Source of the DNA: Gemmatimonadota bacterium
Lineage (GTDB): Bacteria > Gemmatimonadota > Gemmatimonadetes > Gemmatimonadales > Gemmatimonadaceae
Reading direction: 5' to 3'
Length of the DNA: 29,145 bases
Assembly: GCA_031372565.1 (NCBI GenBank)
Contig: JANMLN010000050.1
Location: forward strand, 1 to 29,145
The translations under genes were made by a program, and so were the position numbers. The notes beneath the pieces are model-generated. The model made no database searches. It had not been told where the DNA came from and saw only the letters and a list, made by a program, of their open reading frames with translations. This document shows positions 1 through 9,137 of this stretch, piece after piece (within the stretch, counting starts at the first letter, position 1; each line of letters starts with the position of its first letter).

Positions 1-74
1 CGCTCTTGCATTCGCCGGACGGCCTCGCGCTTGAACTCCGCGCTATAGACCCGGCGCACTCGCTTGCTGGACAT
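1..74 (-). CDS. IS3-family transposase OrfA, N-terminal fragment (partial)
   Basis: Manual translation MSSKRVRRVYSAEFKREAVRRMQE; Y-S-x-E-F-K-x-E-A-V is the typical HTH_Tnp_1 start. Not in the supplied ORF track. Confidence 0.85.
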   Translation of the reverse strand, partial: MSSKRVRRVYSAEFKREAVRRMQE

Positions 75-140
75 CGGACACCTCCGTGCCCCAACCTGTG
101 GCGGGGGCGGTTAGGTGTCCACTAAACACGGGCAAGTCCA
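1..140 (-). mobile_element. IS3-family insertion sequence, left end (runs off window)
   Basis: Minus strand begins 5'-TGGACTTGCCCGTGTTTAGTGGACACC at 140 (TG terminus typical of IS3 IRL), followed by SD GGAGGT (85-80) and an OrfA-like start at 74. Confidence 0.85.
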
Positions 141-240
141 CGTACAGCAGGATCGGCGCCGAGCGCTCGGGCGGCGACTCGGCGCAGCCCGTCAGCGCGC
201 ATGCGAAGAGGGCGCGCCGCATGAACCGAACCCGCGACAC
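141..240 (-). pseudogene. 5' fragment of a lipoprotein gene interrupted by the IS3 element
   Basis: (MSRVRF)MRRALFACALTG-C-AESPPERSAPILLY: basic N-region, hydrophobic core and LTGC lipobox; frame runs into the IS end at 140. Confidence 0.6.
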
Positions 241-253
241 GCCCCACTCAACA

Positions 254-856
254 CTACCCCTGGGCGGCCTCGGTGTGCGGCCGCCGGCTCTTCTCGAGTT
301 CCTCGAGATGATGCAGCGTGCTCGCCCCGTAGAACACCTTGATGTAGAGAGCCTGCTGCGGCGTCAACCGACGCACCGCCCAGCTCAGGTGCACGAAGTG
401 CGGCTCCACCGGCGCGTGCAGCGGATGCATCCCGATCTCGTTCGGCATCCGGTTCGCCTTGCGCGTGTTGCACGGGCTGCACGCCGTCACGACGTTCGTC
501 CACTCGTTGCTCCCGCCACGCGAGAGCGGAATCAGGTGGTCGCGCGTGAGCGCCTCGCGCGGCCGCAACTCGGCCTGCGTCCGCCCGCAGTACTGGCAGG
601 TGTACGCGTCGCGGGCGAACAGGAAGGTGTTCGTCACCTGCCGGCGGAAGCGCCGCGGCACGTGAATGAACTTGGTGAGCCGGATGACCACCGGACGCGG
701 CATCGACATCCGCTCCGAGTGCACCGCGCGCCCCGTGTCGGCCTCGACGATCTCCGCCTTCCCGTCAATGACGAGGCGAAGGGCGCGGCGCAGGGGCACC
801 ATGGTCAACGGCTCGAAGGAGGAGTTGAGGGCCAGGCAGCCGTGCGTCGCGGTCAT
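254..856 (-). CDS. HNH endonuclease (McrA/COG1403-like, zinc-binding)
   Basis: [10 protein letters not shown] N-terminal motif, RD-x-CQYCG, [35 protein letters not shown] upstream. Confidence 0.9.
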   Translation of the reverse strand: [200 protein letters not shown]

Positions 857-866
857 CGGGTCTCCT

Positions 867-1814
867 CTATCGACTGCTCAGGGTGGCTGGCTCGGGGACC
901 ATGGTCAGCCACCCGTGCCGATCAGGCAATTTTCCGGTGGCAATCCCCAGGTATTGCTCCTGGATTGCCTTGGTCACCGGACCTCTCGTCCCTGCACCGA
1001 CCGGGATCTGGTCGATGCTCCGGATGGGTGTCACCTCCACCGCCGTCCCGGTGAAGAACACCTCGTCCGACGTGTACAGCAGCTCGCGCGGCAGCACGGC
1101 CTCGCGCACTTCGTACCCCAGATCGCGCGCGATGGTCATGACCGAATCACGCGTGATGCCGCCCAGAATCGCGCTCGCCAGCGGAGCCGTGTACAGCACG
1201 CCGCTGCGCACGAGGAACAGGTTCTCGCCCGACCCCTCGGCCACGTAGCCGTGCACGTCGAGCATGATCCCTTCGGCGTACTTGTTCATCTTCGCTTCGA
1301 GCTTCGCGAGCTGCGACTGCTGATAGTTGCCGCTCGCCTTGGCCATCATGGGCACGGTGTCCGGCGCGGCGCGGCGCCAGCTCGACACGCACACATCCAC
1401 GCCAGCCTCGAGCGCGTCCTTGCCCAGATACGCGCCCCAGTTCCACGCGATGACGAACGTCTCGACCTTGACCCCGATCGGGTTGATGCCCATCTGCTCG
1501 CCGGTGCGGACCACCAACGGCCGCAGGTAGCAGTGTCGCAGCTCGTTCGCGTTGACCGTGTCGACCGTCGCCTGGATCAGCGTGTCGGCAGAATGCTCGA
1601 GCGGAATCCGGTAGATGCGGCACGACTCGACCAGCCGTCGAATGTGCTCGGGCAACCGGAAGACGGCCGGGCCGGCGGGGGTCTCGTAGCAGCGGACGCC
1701 CTCGAACATGCCGGCGCCGTAGTGCAAGGCGTGACTCATCACGTGGATGGTCGCGTCCTCCCACTTCACGAACTCGCCGTCGCGCCAGATGCGGGTCGTG
1801 CGTCCGTCCGTCAT
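867..1814 (-). CDS. ilvE: Branched-chain amino acid aminotransferase (class IV PLP)
   Basis: HALHYG-G-FEGVRCY, AKASGNY, EGSGENLF, ILGGITR, DEVFFTGTAVEVTPI. Confidence 0.95.
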   Translation of the reverse strand: MTDGRTTRIWRDGEFVKWEDATIHVMSHALHYGAGMFEGVRCYETPAGPAVFRLPEHIRRLVESCRIYRIPLEHSADTLIQATVDTVNANELRHCYLRPLVVRTGEQMGINPIGVKVETFVIAWNWGAYLGKDALEAGVDVCVSSWRRAAPDTVPMMAKASGNYQQSQLAKLEAKMNKYAEGIMLDVHGYVAEGSGENLFLVRSGVLYTAPLASAILGGITRDSVMTIARDLGYEVREAVLPRELLYTSDEVFFTGTAVEVTPIRSIDQIPVGAGTRGPVTKAIQEQYLGIATGKLPDRHGWLTMVPEPATLSSR

Positions 1815-1842
1815 CCCGGGCCCCCCATGGGTTCCAGTAATC

Positions 1843-3201
1843 CTAACGGGCGGCGCGCGCGGCGCGCCAGCGCAACAGTTTCTCCCGAATCACGTGACCC
1901 CGCATGGCCAGCGCGGGATCGACACCCAGCACCACGCCGCCATCCACCAACCAGCGCCCAGCCACCATCACCCGCAGCGCGGGCGCCCCGGCCGCCGCCA
2001 TGGCATCGCTCAGCGTGCGCATCGACGGCACGTGCGCACGATCGAGGACCACCGGAACGGGAAAGACCGCAAGATCCGCCGCCTGCCCAACCGCCAGCGT
2101 GCCGATCTGCTGCTCCATCCGGAGCGCGCGCGCGCCGGCCAGCGTCGCGAGTGTCAGGGCATCCGTCGTCCGCAGCGCGTCCGCCTCGTCGGTACTGCGC
2201 AGCTGCCCGGCCTGGTCGTGCAACGCACGTGCCGCCTCGCCCAGCATGTCCATCCGCTCGTTCGATCCCATCGAGTCGGAGCCCATGCCGAGCCGCACGC
2301 TCGCGGCCAGCATGGCCGCAGCCGGCGACACGCCATGCCCGAACCAGGCGTTGCTCATGGGGCAGTGGGCGACGCCACAGCCCGTGCGCGCGATGGTCGT
2401 GATATCGTCACGATCGACGCGCACACAGTGAATGAGCAGCGTGTGCGTGCCGAGGGCCCGCGCACGCGCCAGCAGTGCGATGGGCGTCGGCGCACGCGGC
2501 ACGACGCTGATGCCGCGCCCAGCGAGAAACGTCGCGAACGGCCCCGCCCCCTCGGCCACCAGCTGCGACTCGGCGTCCGACTCGGCCACGTGAATGGCGA
2601 TCGGCAGCGATTCGGCACGTGCGAACTCGGCCACGGCTGCAAACAGCGCATCCGACACCGAATAGGGCGCGTGCGGGCTCACGCCCACGGCCACGAGCGG
2701 CGTGGCCACGGCGCGCATCGCCTGCACCTGCTCGCGGAGCGCGGCCAGCGACGCGCCAGCCACGACGGGGTCGGGCCCGAACACCTCGCGGTACGCGATG
2801 CCTCGCACGCCGAGCGCGCGCATGGCGTCGAAGGGGGCCGTGGTGTTCGAGGTGTCGGCGTAGGTCGTGATGCCGCGCTTGAGCCCCTCGACGATGCCCA
2901 GCTGCGCCGCATCGCGCAGGTCATCGTCGCTCAGTGTGGCCTTGGACTCCGTGAGCTGCCGGATCCAGTCGAAGAAGCCGAGCCCGTCGAGCACACCGCG
3001 ATACCCGGTGAGGTCGAGATGCGTGTGCGCATTCACGTGGCCGGGCGTGATCACGACATCGCCCAGGTCGGTCAGCGCACCACCCGGCGCCTCGCGAGCC
3101 GGTCCCACCCACGCGATGCGATCGCCATCGACGATCACCGCGCCATCGGCGATCGGCGGCTCACCCACCGGCGCCACCAGCGCGGCGCGGTAGCCGCTCA
3201 T
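1843..3201 (-). CDS. Metal-dependent amidohydrolase (MTA/SAH or aminodeoxyfutalosine deaminase-like)
   Basis: PGHVNAHTHL (HxH), SPHAPYSV, IHVAES, HCPMSN, GSDS; start placed at ATG 3201, which overlaps the PHP stop (ATGA). Confidence 0.85.
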   Translation of the reverse strand: MSGYRAALVAPVGEPPIADGAVIVDGDRIAWVGPAREAPGGALTDLGDVVITPGHVNAHTHLDLTGYRGVLDGLGFFDWIRQLTESKATLSDDDLRDAAQLGIVEGLKRGITTYADTSNTTAPFDAMRALGVRGIAYREVFGPDPVVAGASLAALREQVQAMRAVATPLVAVGVSPHAPYSVSDALFAAVAEFARAESLPIAIHVAESDAESQLVAEGAGPFATFLAGRGISVVPRAPTPIALLARARALGTHTLLIHCVRVDRDDITTIARTGCGVAHCPMSNAWFGHGVSPAAAMLAASVRLGMGSDSMGSNERMDMLGEAARALHDQAGQLRSTDEADALRTTDALTLATLAGARALRMEQQIGTLAVGQAADLAVFPVPVVLDRAHVPSMRTLSDAMAAAGAPALRVMVAGRWLVDGGVVLGVDPALAMRGHVIREKLLRWRAARAAR

Positions 3202-3977
3202 ACCGGTCGCTGCGGCGTGCCGCCGAACCGGCCCGTCCTGGAGCCGTGCACGGCGGGATCGTAGAGGTCCTCGTCCTTCACACCGAGCGCACGCGCGAAT
3301 GCGAGCGGCCAGGCGATGTCGGCCACCTGATCGAGCGTGTGGCCATCGGAGCCCAACGAGATGCGCACCCCAGCCTGCACCATCTTGCGGACGAACCGCT
3401 CGTGCGGCCGATAGCGATTGGAGATCTCGAAGGCGATCTTCGCGCGTCGCAGCGCCTCCACGGCGCGATCTTCGCGCGGCTCGGTCCACAGCGCCTCGAG
3501 CGGAATGGCGCGGAAGGTGAGCGGCAACAGGGTCGGATGCGCGAGGATATCGACCGGCATCTCGAGCGAGAAGCGCAGCAGATTCTGCACATGGATGTCC
3601 ATGTACTGGTCGGGCGTCATCGTGGCGGGCACCTCGCGACGGAAGGCGTGGATCGTGCCGCCGCCCGGGACAAAGACCGCATGCAGCGACCCGATGCGAT
3701 GCGTGAGGCGCACCACGACATCGTCCGGCAGCTCGCGCCAGAGGGGGTCATGCCAGCAGAACTCGGCGCCGCGCGCGACGGGCACCTGCTCGATCTCGTC
3801 GAGATAGTGGCGCATGGCCGCGAGGCTCTGCACGGCAGGAGTCACGTCGCGCGTGACGTGATCACTGATGCTCGGACGCACCGCGAGCTCGGCCGCGCGC
3901 GCGACGAGCTCGCCGGGCGTGAGCGAGCCATCGGAGAGCGTGGTGTGCGCGTGACAGTCGAGGGGCAACCAGGTCAT
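3198..3977 (-). CDS. PHP-domain metallo-phosphoesterase (HisJ/YcdX-like)
   Basis: DCHAHTTLSDG, ISDH, GAE, IGSLH, ILAHP, FEISN, GSDGH. Confidence 0.85.
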   Translation of the reverse strand: MTWLPLDCHAHTTLSDGSLTPGELVARAAELAVRPSISDHVTRDVTPAVQSLAAMRHYLDEIEQVPVARGAEFCWHDPLWRELPDDVVVRLTHRIGSLHAVFVPGGGTIHAFRREVPATMTPDQYMDIHVQNLLRFSLEMPVDILAHPTLLPLTFRAIPLEALWTEPREDRAVEALRRAKIAFEISNRYRPHERFVRKMVQAGVRISLGSDGHTLDQVADIAWPLAFARALGVKDEDLYDPAVHGSRTGRFGGTPQRPV

Positions 3978-3984
3978 GCGGTGA

Positions 3985-6183
3985 TCATCGTGGTGTGGTG
4001 GCGGGCTTGGCCGGCCTGGGTGCGGGGGCGCGCCCGTGGGCCGCGGCGGCGATCGAATCAGCGACGATCTGCTTCACCGCCTCGGGATCGCACCCTTGGC
4101 TCGGCTCCGTGCCGGGAAGGAAGTACTCGATGACCACGTCCTTCGGATCGCAGGCTGGCCCCTTGAGCAGTCCCGTGCGACGATCGACTTCGCGCAGCGT
4201 GATGCCGCGCGGCCGCGGCCAATCCGGTGGCGCGGGACGACGCTGATAGACCTCGCTCATGAACGAGGTCCACGCCGGCGCGGCCAGCACGCCACCCTGC
4301 GCATTCGCCTTGATCTTCTGCGGGCGATCGAAGCCCAGCCAGACGCCCGCGACCAGATCGGCGGTGAACCCGATGTACCAGACGTCGGCGCCATCGTTGG
4401 TGGTGCCCGTCTTGCCCGCGGCCGGGAAGTGGAAGCCCGCGTTGAACACCGACTGGAACGCGGTGCCGCGCAGCACGACGTCCTTCATCATGCTCACCAT
4501 GAGCCATGCTTCCTCCGGCGTGAGCACCTGCTCGCGCTGCGGCGTCGGCTCCCACAGCACCGCGCCATCGGCACTCTCGACGCGCGTGATCGCGTAGGGC
4601 TGCGAGTGGATGCCCAGCGTGGCGAAGGTGGTGTAGGCGCTGACCATCTCGATCGGATAGACGTCGGACGATCCGATGAAGATCGACGGATACGGCGGAA
4701 TCTCGGTGCTGATCCCGAAGTCGCGCGCCGTGGCAATCACGGCCTCGGGGCCCACTTCCTGCCCGAGGCGAATGGCGATGATGTTGCGCGAGAGCGTCAG
4801 CCCGCGCCGCATCGTCATCGGCCCCTGAAACCCCAGATCGTAGTTCTGCGGCTCCCACGGCTGCCCGTTCTCCTGCAGCAGGTTCACCGGTTCGTCGCGC
4901 ACGAGATACGACGGCGGCTTCCCGGCATGAATCGCGGCAGCATACACGAGCGGCTTGAAGGTCGAGCCGGGCTGGCGGAGTGCCTGCGTGGCCCGATTGA
5001 ACTTCGATTCATCGAAGTCCCGGCCTCCGACGAGCGCGCGCACCGCCCCCGTCCGCGGATCGACGGCAATGAACGCCCCTTGCAGGTACGGCGATGACGC
5101 CTGATCCTCATCCGACAGCGCACGCGTGTTCACCTGCTCGTAGGTCGGATGCGGGAACGGGCCGTAGCTGCCCCCCTCGATGGCCTTGAGCTGTCGCTCG
5201 AGCGATCGCTCGGCGGCCGACTGCATGTCGAGGTCGACCGTCGTGAACACCTTGAGTCCCTGCTCGTAGAGCTGGCGTCCGAAGTGCTGGTCGAGCTGCG
5301 ACCGCACCCACTCCACGAAGTACGGGGCCAGGTCGCCCGCATCGGCGCGGCGCGCCAGCTTGAGCGGGTACGCGCGTGCAAGCGACGCGTCCTGCTCGGC
5401 GACCACCCCTTCGCGCCGCATCAGCTCCACGATCGTGTTGCGCCGCTGCACCGTGCGATCGGGAAAGCGGCGCGGATTGTACCGCTCCGGCGCCTTCGGC
5501 AGCGCGGCCAGCGTCGCCGACTCGGCGAGGTTCAGCTCGCGCACCGACTTGCCGAAGTAGCGCTGCGACGCGGTCTCCACGCCGTAGGCGCCATTGCCGA
5601 AGTAGATCTGGTTCAGGTACAGCTCGAGAATCCGTTCCTTGGGATACGCCTTCTCGATGTCGAGCGCCACCTTCACTTCGCGCAGCTTGCGGATGAACGT
5701 CTTCTCGCGCGTGAGCCGCTCGGGAAAGACGTTGCGCGCCAGCTGCATCGTGATCGTGCTGAACCCCTGCGCGATGCCGCCGGCGCGCAGGTTGATGGCC
5801 ACCGCGCCGGCCACGCGATAGAGATCCACGCCGTGATGCTGGTAGAAGCGCTTGTCCTCGACGGTGAGGAACGCGGTCTTGACCACCTCCGGGATCTCGG
5901 CGACGGGCACGAGGGTGCGCCGTTCGAGCCCGAGCTCCGTGAGGAAGCGGCCGTCGGCCGCGTACAACTTGGACGTCTGGCGCGGGCGGTACGCCTCGAG
6001 CGCGCTCGCGGACGGGCAGGCCCCGCCGGCGCAGGCGAGCGTCCATGCGCCGGTGACGGCCCCCGCGCCCGCCCCCACGAGCGCCGTCAGCGTGAGGAGG
6101 GTGCCGCGGACGAGTCGCGGGTACCGCGACCAGAAGCGGCCGCCGGAGGCGCGAGCGGAGGTCGAGGCGCGGCGCGAGGGCAT
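3985..6183 (-). CDS. mrcA: Class A penicillin-binding protein (PBP1A family)
   Basis: TM anchor; transglycosylase motifs EDKRFYQHHGVD, GFSTITMQLARN, RKLRE; transpeptidase motifs STFK, SRN, KTGT; start moved to ATG 6183 after a TAACTT box. Confidence 0.92.
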   Translation of the reverse strand: MPSRRASTSARASGGRFWSRYPRLVRGTLLTLTALVGAGAGAVTGAWTLACAGGACPSASALEAYRPRQTSKLYAADGRFLTELGLERRTLVPVAEIPEVVKTAFLTVEDKRFYQHHGVDLYRVAGAVAINLRAGGIAQGFSTITMQLARNVFPERLTREKTFIRKLREVKVALDIEKAYPKERILELYLNQIYFGNGAYGVETASQRYFGKSVRELNLAESATLAALPKAPERYNPRRFPDRTVQRRNTIVELMRREGVVAEQDASLARAYPLKLARRADAGDLAPYFVEWVRSQLDQHFGRQLYEQGLKVFTTVDLDMQSAAERSLERQLKAIEGGSYGPFPHPTYEQVNTRALSDEDQASSPYLQGAFIAVDPRTGAVRALVGGRDFDESKFNRATQALRQPGSTFKPLVYAAAIHAGKPPSYLVRDEPVNLLQENGQPWEPQNYDLGFQGPMTMRRGLTLSRNIIAIRLGQEVGPEAVIATARDFGISTEIPPYPSIFIGSSDVYPIEMVSAYTTFATLGIHSQPYAITRVESADGAVLWEPTPQREQVLTPEEAWLMVSMMKDVVLRGTAFQSVFNAGFHFPAAGKTGTTNDGADVWYIGFTADLVAGVWLGFDRPQKIKANAQGGVLAAPAWTSFMSEVYQRRPAPPDWPRPRGITLREVDRRTGLLKGPACDPKDVVIEYFLPGTEPSQGCDPEAVKQIVADSIAAAAHGRAPAPRPAKPATTPR

Positions 6184-6191
6184 GTGACGGA

Positions 6192-6197
6192 AAGTTA
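6192..6197 (-). promoter_or_regulatory. -10 element TAACTT 8 nt before the PBP1A ATG (leaderless-type)
   Basis: cgcTAACTTtccgtcacATG, no SD; the same cgcTAACTTt context recurs at 13758. Confidence 0.55.
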
Positions 6198-6266
6198 GCG
6201 TCCGCGCGCCGCGAGCACGAAGGCGCGTACGCGAGCGCACGAGGGAGCACGGAGGCCCCGGTCGCT

Positions 6267-6272
6267 TATCTT
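6267..6272 (+). promoter_or_regulatory. -10 element TATCTT 6 nt before the tyrS ATG (leaderless-type)
   Basis: TATCTTctgatcATG, no properly spaced SD. Confidence 0.55.
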
Positions 6273-6278
6273 CTGATC

Positions 6279-7607
<1,329 letters not shown>

Positions 7608-7610
7608 CCC

Positions 7611-7666
7611 TGTCGTAATTAGCGAAGCGAAGGACCATGTCGTCCTGAGCGAAGCGAAGGACCTGC
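7611..7666 (+). repeat. Two tandem REP-like repeats (consensus YGTCGTCCTGAGCGMAGCGAAGGACCTGC)
   Basis: Degenerate copy 7611-7636 and full copy 7638-7666, starting 3 nt after the tyrS stop. Confidence 0.9.
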
Positions 7667-7690
7667 TTTTTTTCCTCCACCACCCCCCCC

Positions 7691-8272
7691 ATGCCACTCC
7701 CCCGCCCGCTCCTAGCCCTCGCCCTCGCCGCCGCCACCCTCGGCTCGCTCGCCGCCGCGCCCGCACTCCACGCCACGCGCCCGGTCATCTTCACCCTCAC
7801 CTCCCCCGGCCTCAAGGACGGCGGCACCATGACCATGGACGCCGTCTTCAACGGCTTCGGCTGCACGGGCAAGAACATCTCCCCCGCGCTCAGCTGGGCG
7901 GGCGCACCCGAGGGCACCAAGAGCTTCGCCATCACGGTGTACGATCCTGATGCCCCGACAGGCAGCGGCTGGTGGCACTGGACCGTGGTGAACATCCCGG
8001 CAACCGTCACGTCGCTCGCGGCCGGAGCTGGCAGCACGACGCCCGCACTGCCCAAGGGGGCCGCGCAAGGCCGCACCGACTTCGGGAAGCCGGGCTATGG
8101 CGGCCCGTGCCCGCCCAAGGGCGACAAGCCGCATCGCTACATCTTCACGGTGTGGGCGCTCAAGACCGACAAGCTCGACCTGAACGGTGACGCGAGCGGT
8201 GCGATGGTCGGCTACAACCTGAACGGCAACAAGCTGGCGAGCGCGAGCTTCACGGCGTTGTTCGGCCGTTGA
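7691..8272 (+). CDS. YbhB/YbcL family (PEBP/Raf kinase inhibitor-like) secreted protein
   Basis: Signal peptide; GCTGKNISPALSW, YDPDAPTGSGWWHW, GYGGPCPP, HRYIFTV. Confidence 0.92.
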   Translation: MPLPRPLLALALAAATLGSLAAAPALHATRPVIFTLTSPGLKDGGTMTMDAVFNGFGCTGKNISPALSWAGAPEGTKSFAITVYDPDAPTGSGWWHWTVVNIPATVTSLAAGAGSTTPALPKGAAQGRTDFGKPGYGGPCPPKGDKPHRYIFTVWALKTDKLDLNGDASGAMVGYNLNGNKLASASFTALFGR

Positions 8273-8273
8273 C

Positions 8274-8348
8274 CGTCGTCGTGAGCGCAGCGGAGGACCT
8301 GCTTGTCGCGGTACAAAAAGCAGATCCTTCGCTGCGCTCAGGATGACA
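8274..8348. repeat. Inverted pair of REP-like repeats between convergent genes
   Basis: Plus copy 8274-8302 and minus copy 8320-8348 with a 17-nt spacer; can fold into one long hairpin. Confidence 0.9.
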
Positions 8349-9054
8349 GGGGCCTCGCAAAACAGTCGGCGAGCTTCCGCCGCTGCACACCATCGGCGTC
8401 AAAGTTCTTCGGCGCCAGCCATGCCTCGAATCCGGCCCGACGCGCCGGCCACTCCGCGTCGGTGATCGAGAACCACGCGGTGTCCCGGTTACGCCCCTTG
8501 TAGACGACCGCCTGCCGGAAGATGCCCTCGAAGGTGAAGCCGAGTCGTTCGGCCGTCGCGCGCGAGGGCGCGTTGAGGGAATCGCACTTCCATTCGTAGC
8601 GCCGATACCCGAGTTCGTCGAACGCGCGACGCATCATCAGGTACATCGCCTCGGTGGATGCCACGGTGCGCTGCAGCAGCGGCGAATAGTTGATGTGGCC
8701 GACTTCGATCGCGCCCATCGCGGGGTCGATCCGCATGTAGCTCGCCACGCCCACGGCGCGCGCGGTGCGGCGGTCGATGATGGTGTGGAAGAGCGGATCG
8801 TCAACAGCGGCCATCCCGTCGAGCCAGGCGCGGTACGCGTCGAGCGTCGCGAACGGCTCGGAGAACAGGTAGGTGAAGTTGGCGCTCGTCTGGTCGCGCT
8901 GGTTCGCGTCGAAGAGCTCGGCGGCGTGGCGCGCGGGGTCGAGCGGGACCACGTCACAGAGGCGACCGATCATCGGCGTGCGCGGCGGACGGGCGCGCGG
9001 GGTCCAGTTGCGGACCGGATCGCCGATGGGCTGGCCGAGGGAGTTCAGCGGCAT
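8338..9054 (-). CDS. GNAT N-acetyltransferase, RimJ/RimL family
   Basis: GAIEVGHINYSPLLQRT, GYRRYEWKCDSLNAPS, RLGFTFEGIFRQ, KGRNRDTAWFSI. Confidence 0.9.
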   Translation of the reverse strand: MPLNSLGQPIGDPVRNWTPRARPPRTPMIGRLCDVVPLDPARHAAELFDANQRDQTSANFTYLFSEPFATLDAYRAWLDGMAAVDDPLFHTIIDRRTARAVGVASYMRIDPAMGAIEVGHINYSPLLQRTVASTEAMYLMMRRAFDELGYRRYEWKCDSLNAPSRATAERLGFTFEGIFRQAVVYKGRNRDTAWFSITDAEWPARRAGFEAWLAPKNFDADGVQRRKLADCFARPLSS

Positions 9055-9063
9055 GGGAGGGGG

Positions 9064-9131
9064 GCGAGGGAGAAGCGAGGGAGAAGCAGGTCCTTCGCTG
9101 CGCTCAGGACGACAACGCGCTCAGGACGACA
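9064..9131 (-). repeat. REP-like repeat plus a partial duplicate and an adjacent 11-bp tandem duplication
   Basis: Full minus copy 9086-9114, half copy 9117-9131, GCGAGGGAGAA x2 at 9064-9085. Confidence 0.85.
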
Positions 9132-9137
9132 GCAGGG

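Noticed and set aside
1..250. Possible tRNA or 6S-like RNA at the window start
   Set aside because: No cloverleaf or T-loop consensus; better explained by IS3 OrfA, the IS end and a lipoprotein fragment
254..856. HNH protein as an RNA-guided IscB/Cas9-like nuclease or as cargo of the IS
   Set aside because: 200 aa, no RuvC or PLMP/RRXRR motifs, no room for an ncRNA, and it lies outside the IS end at 140
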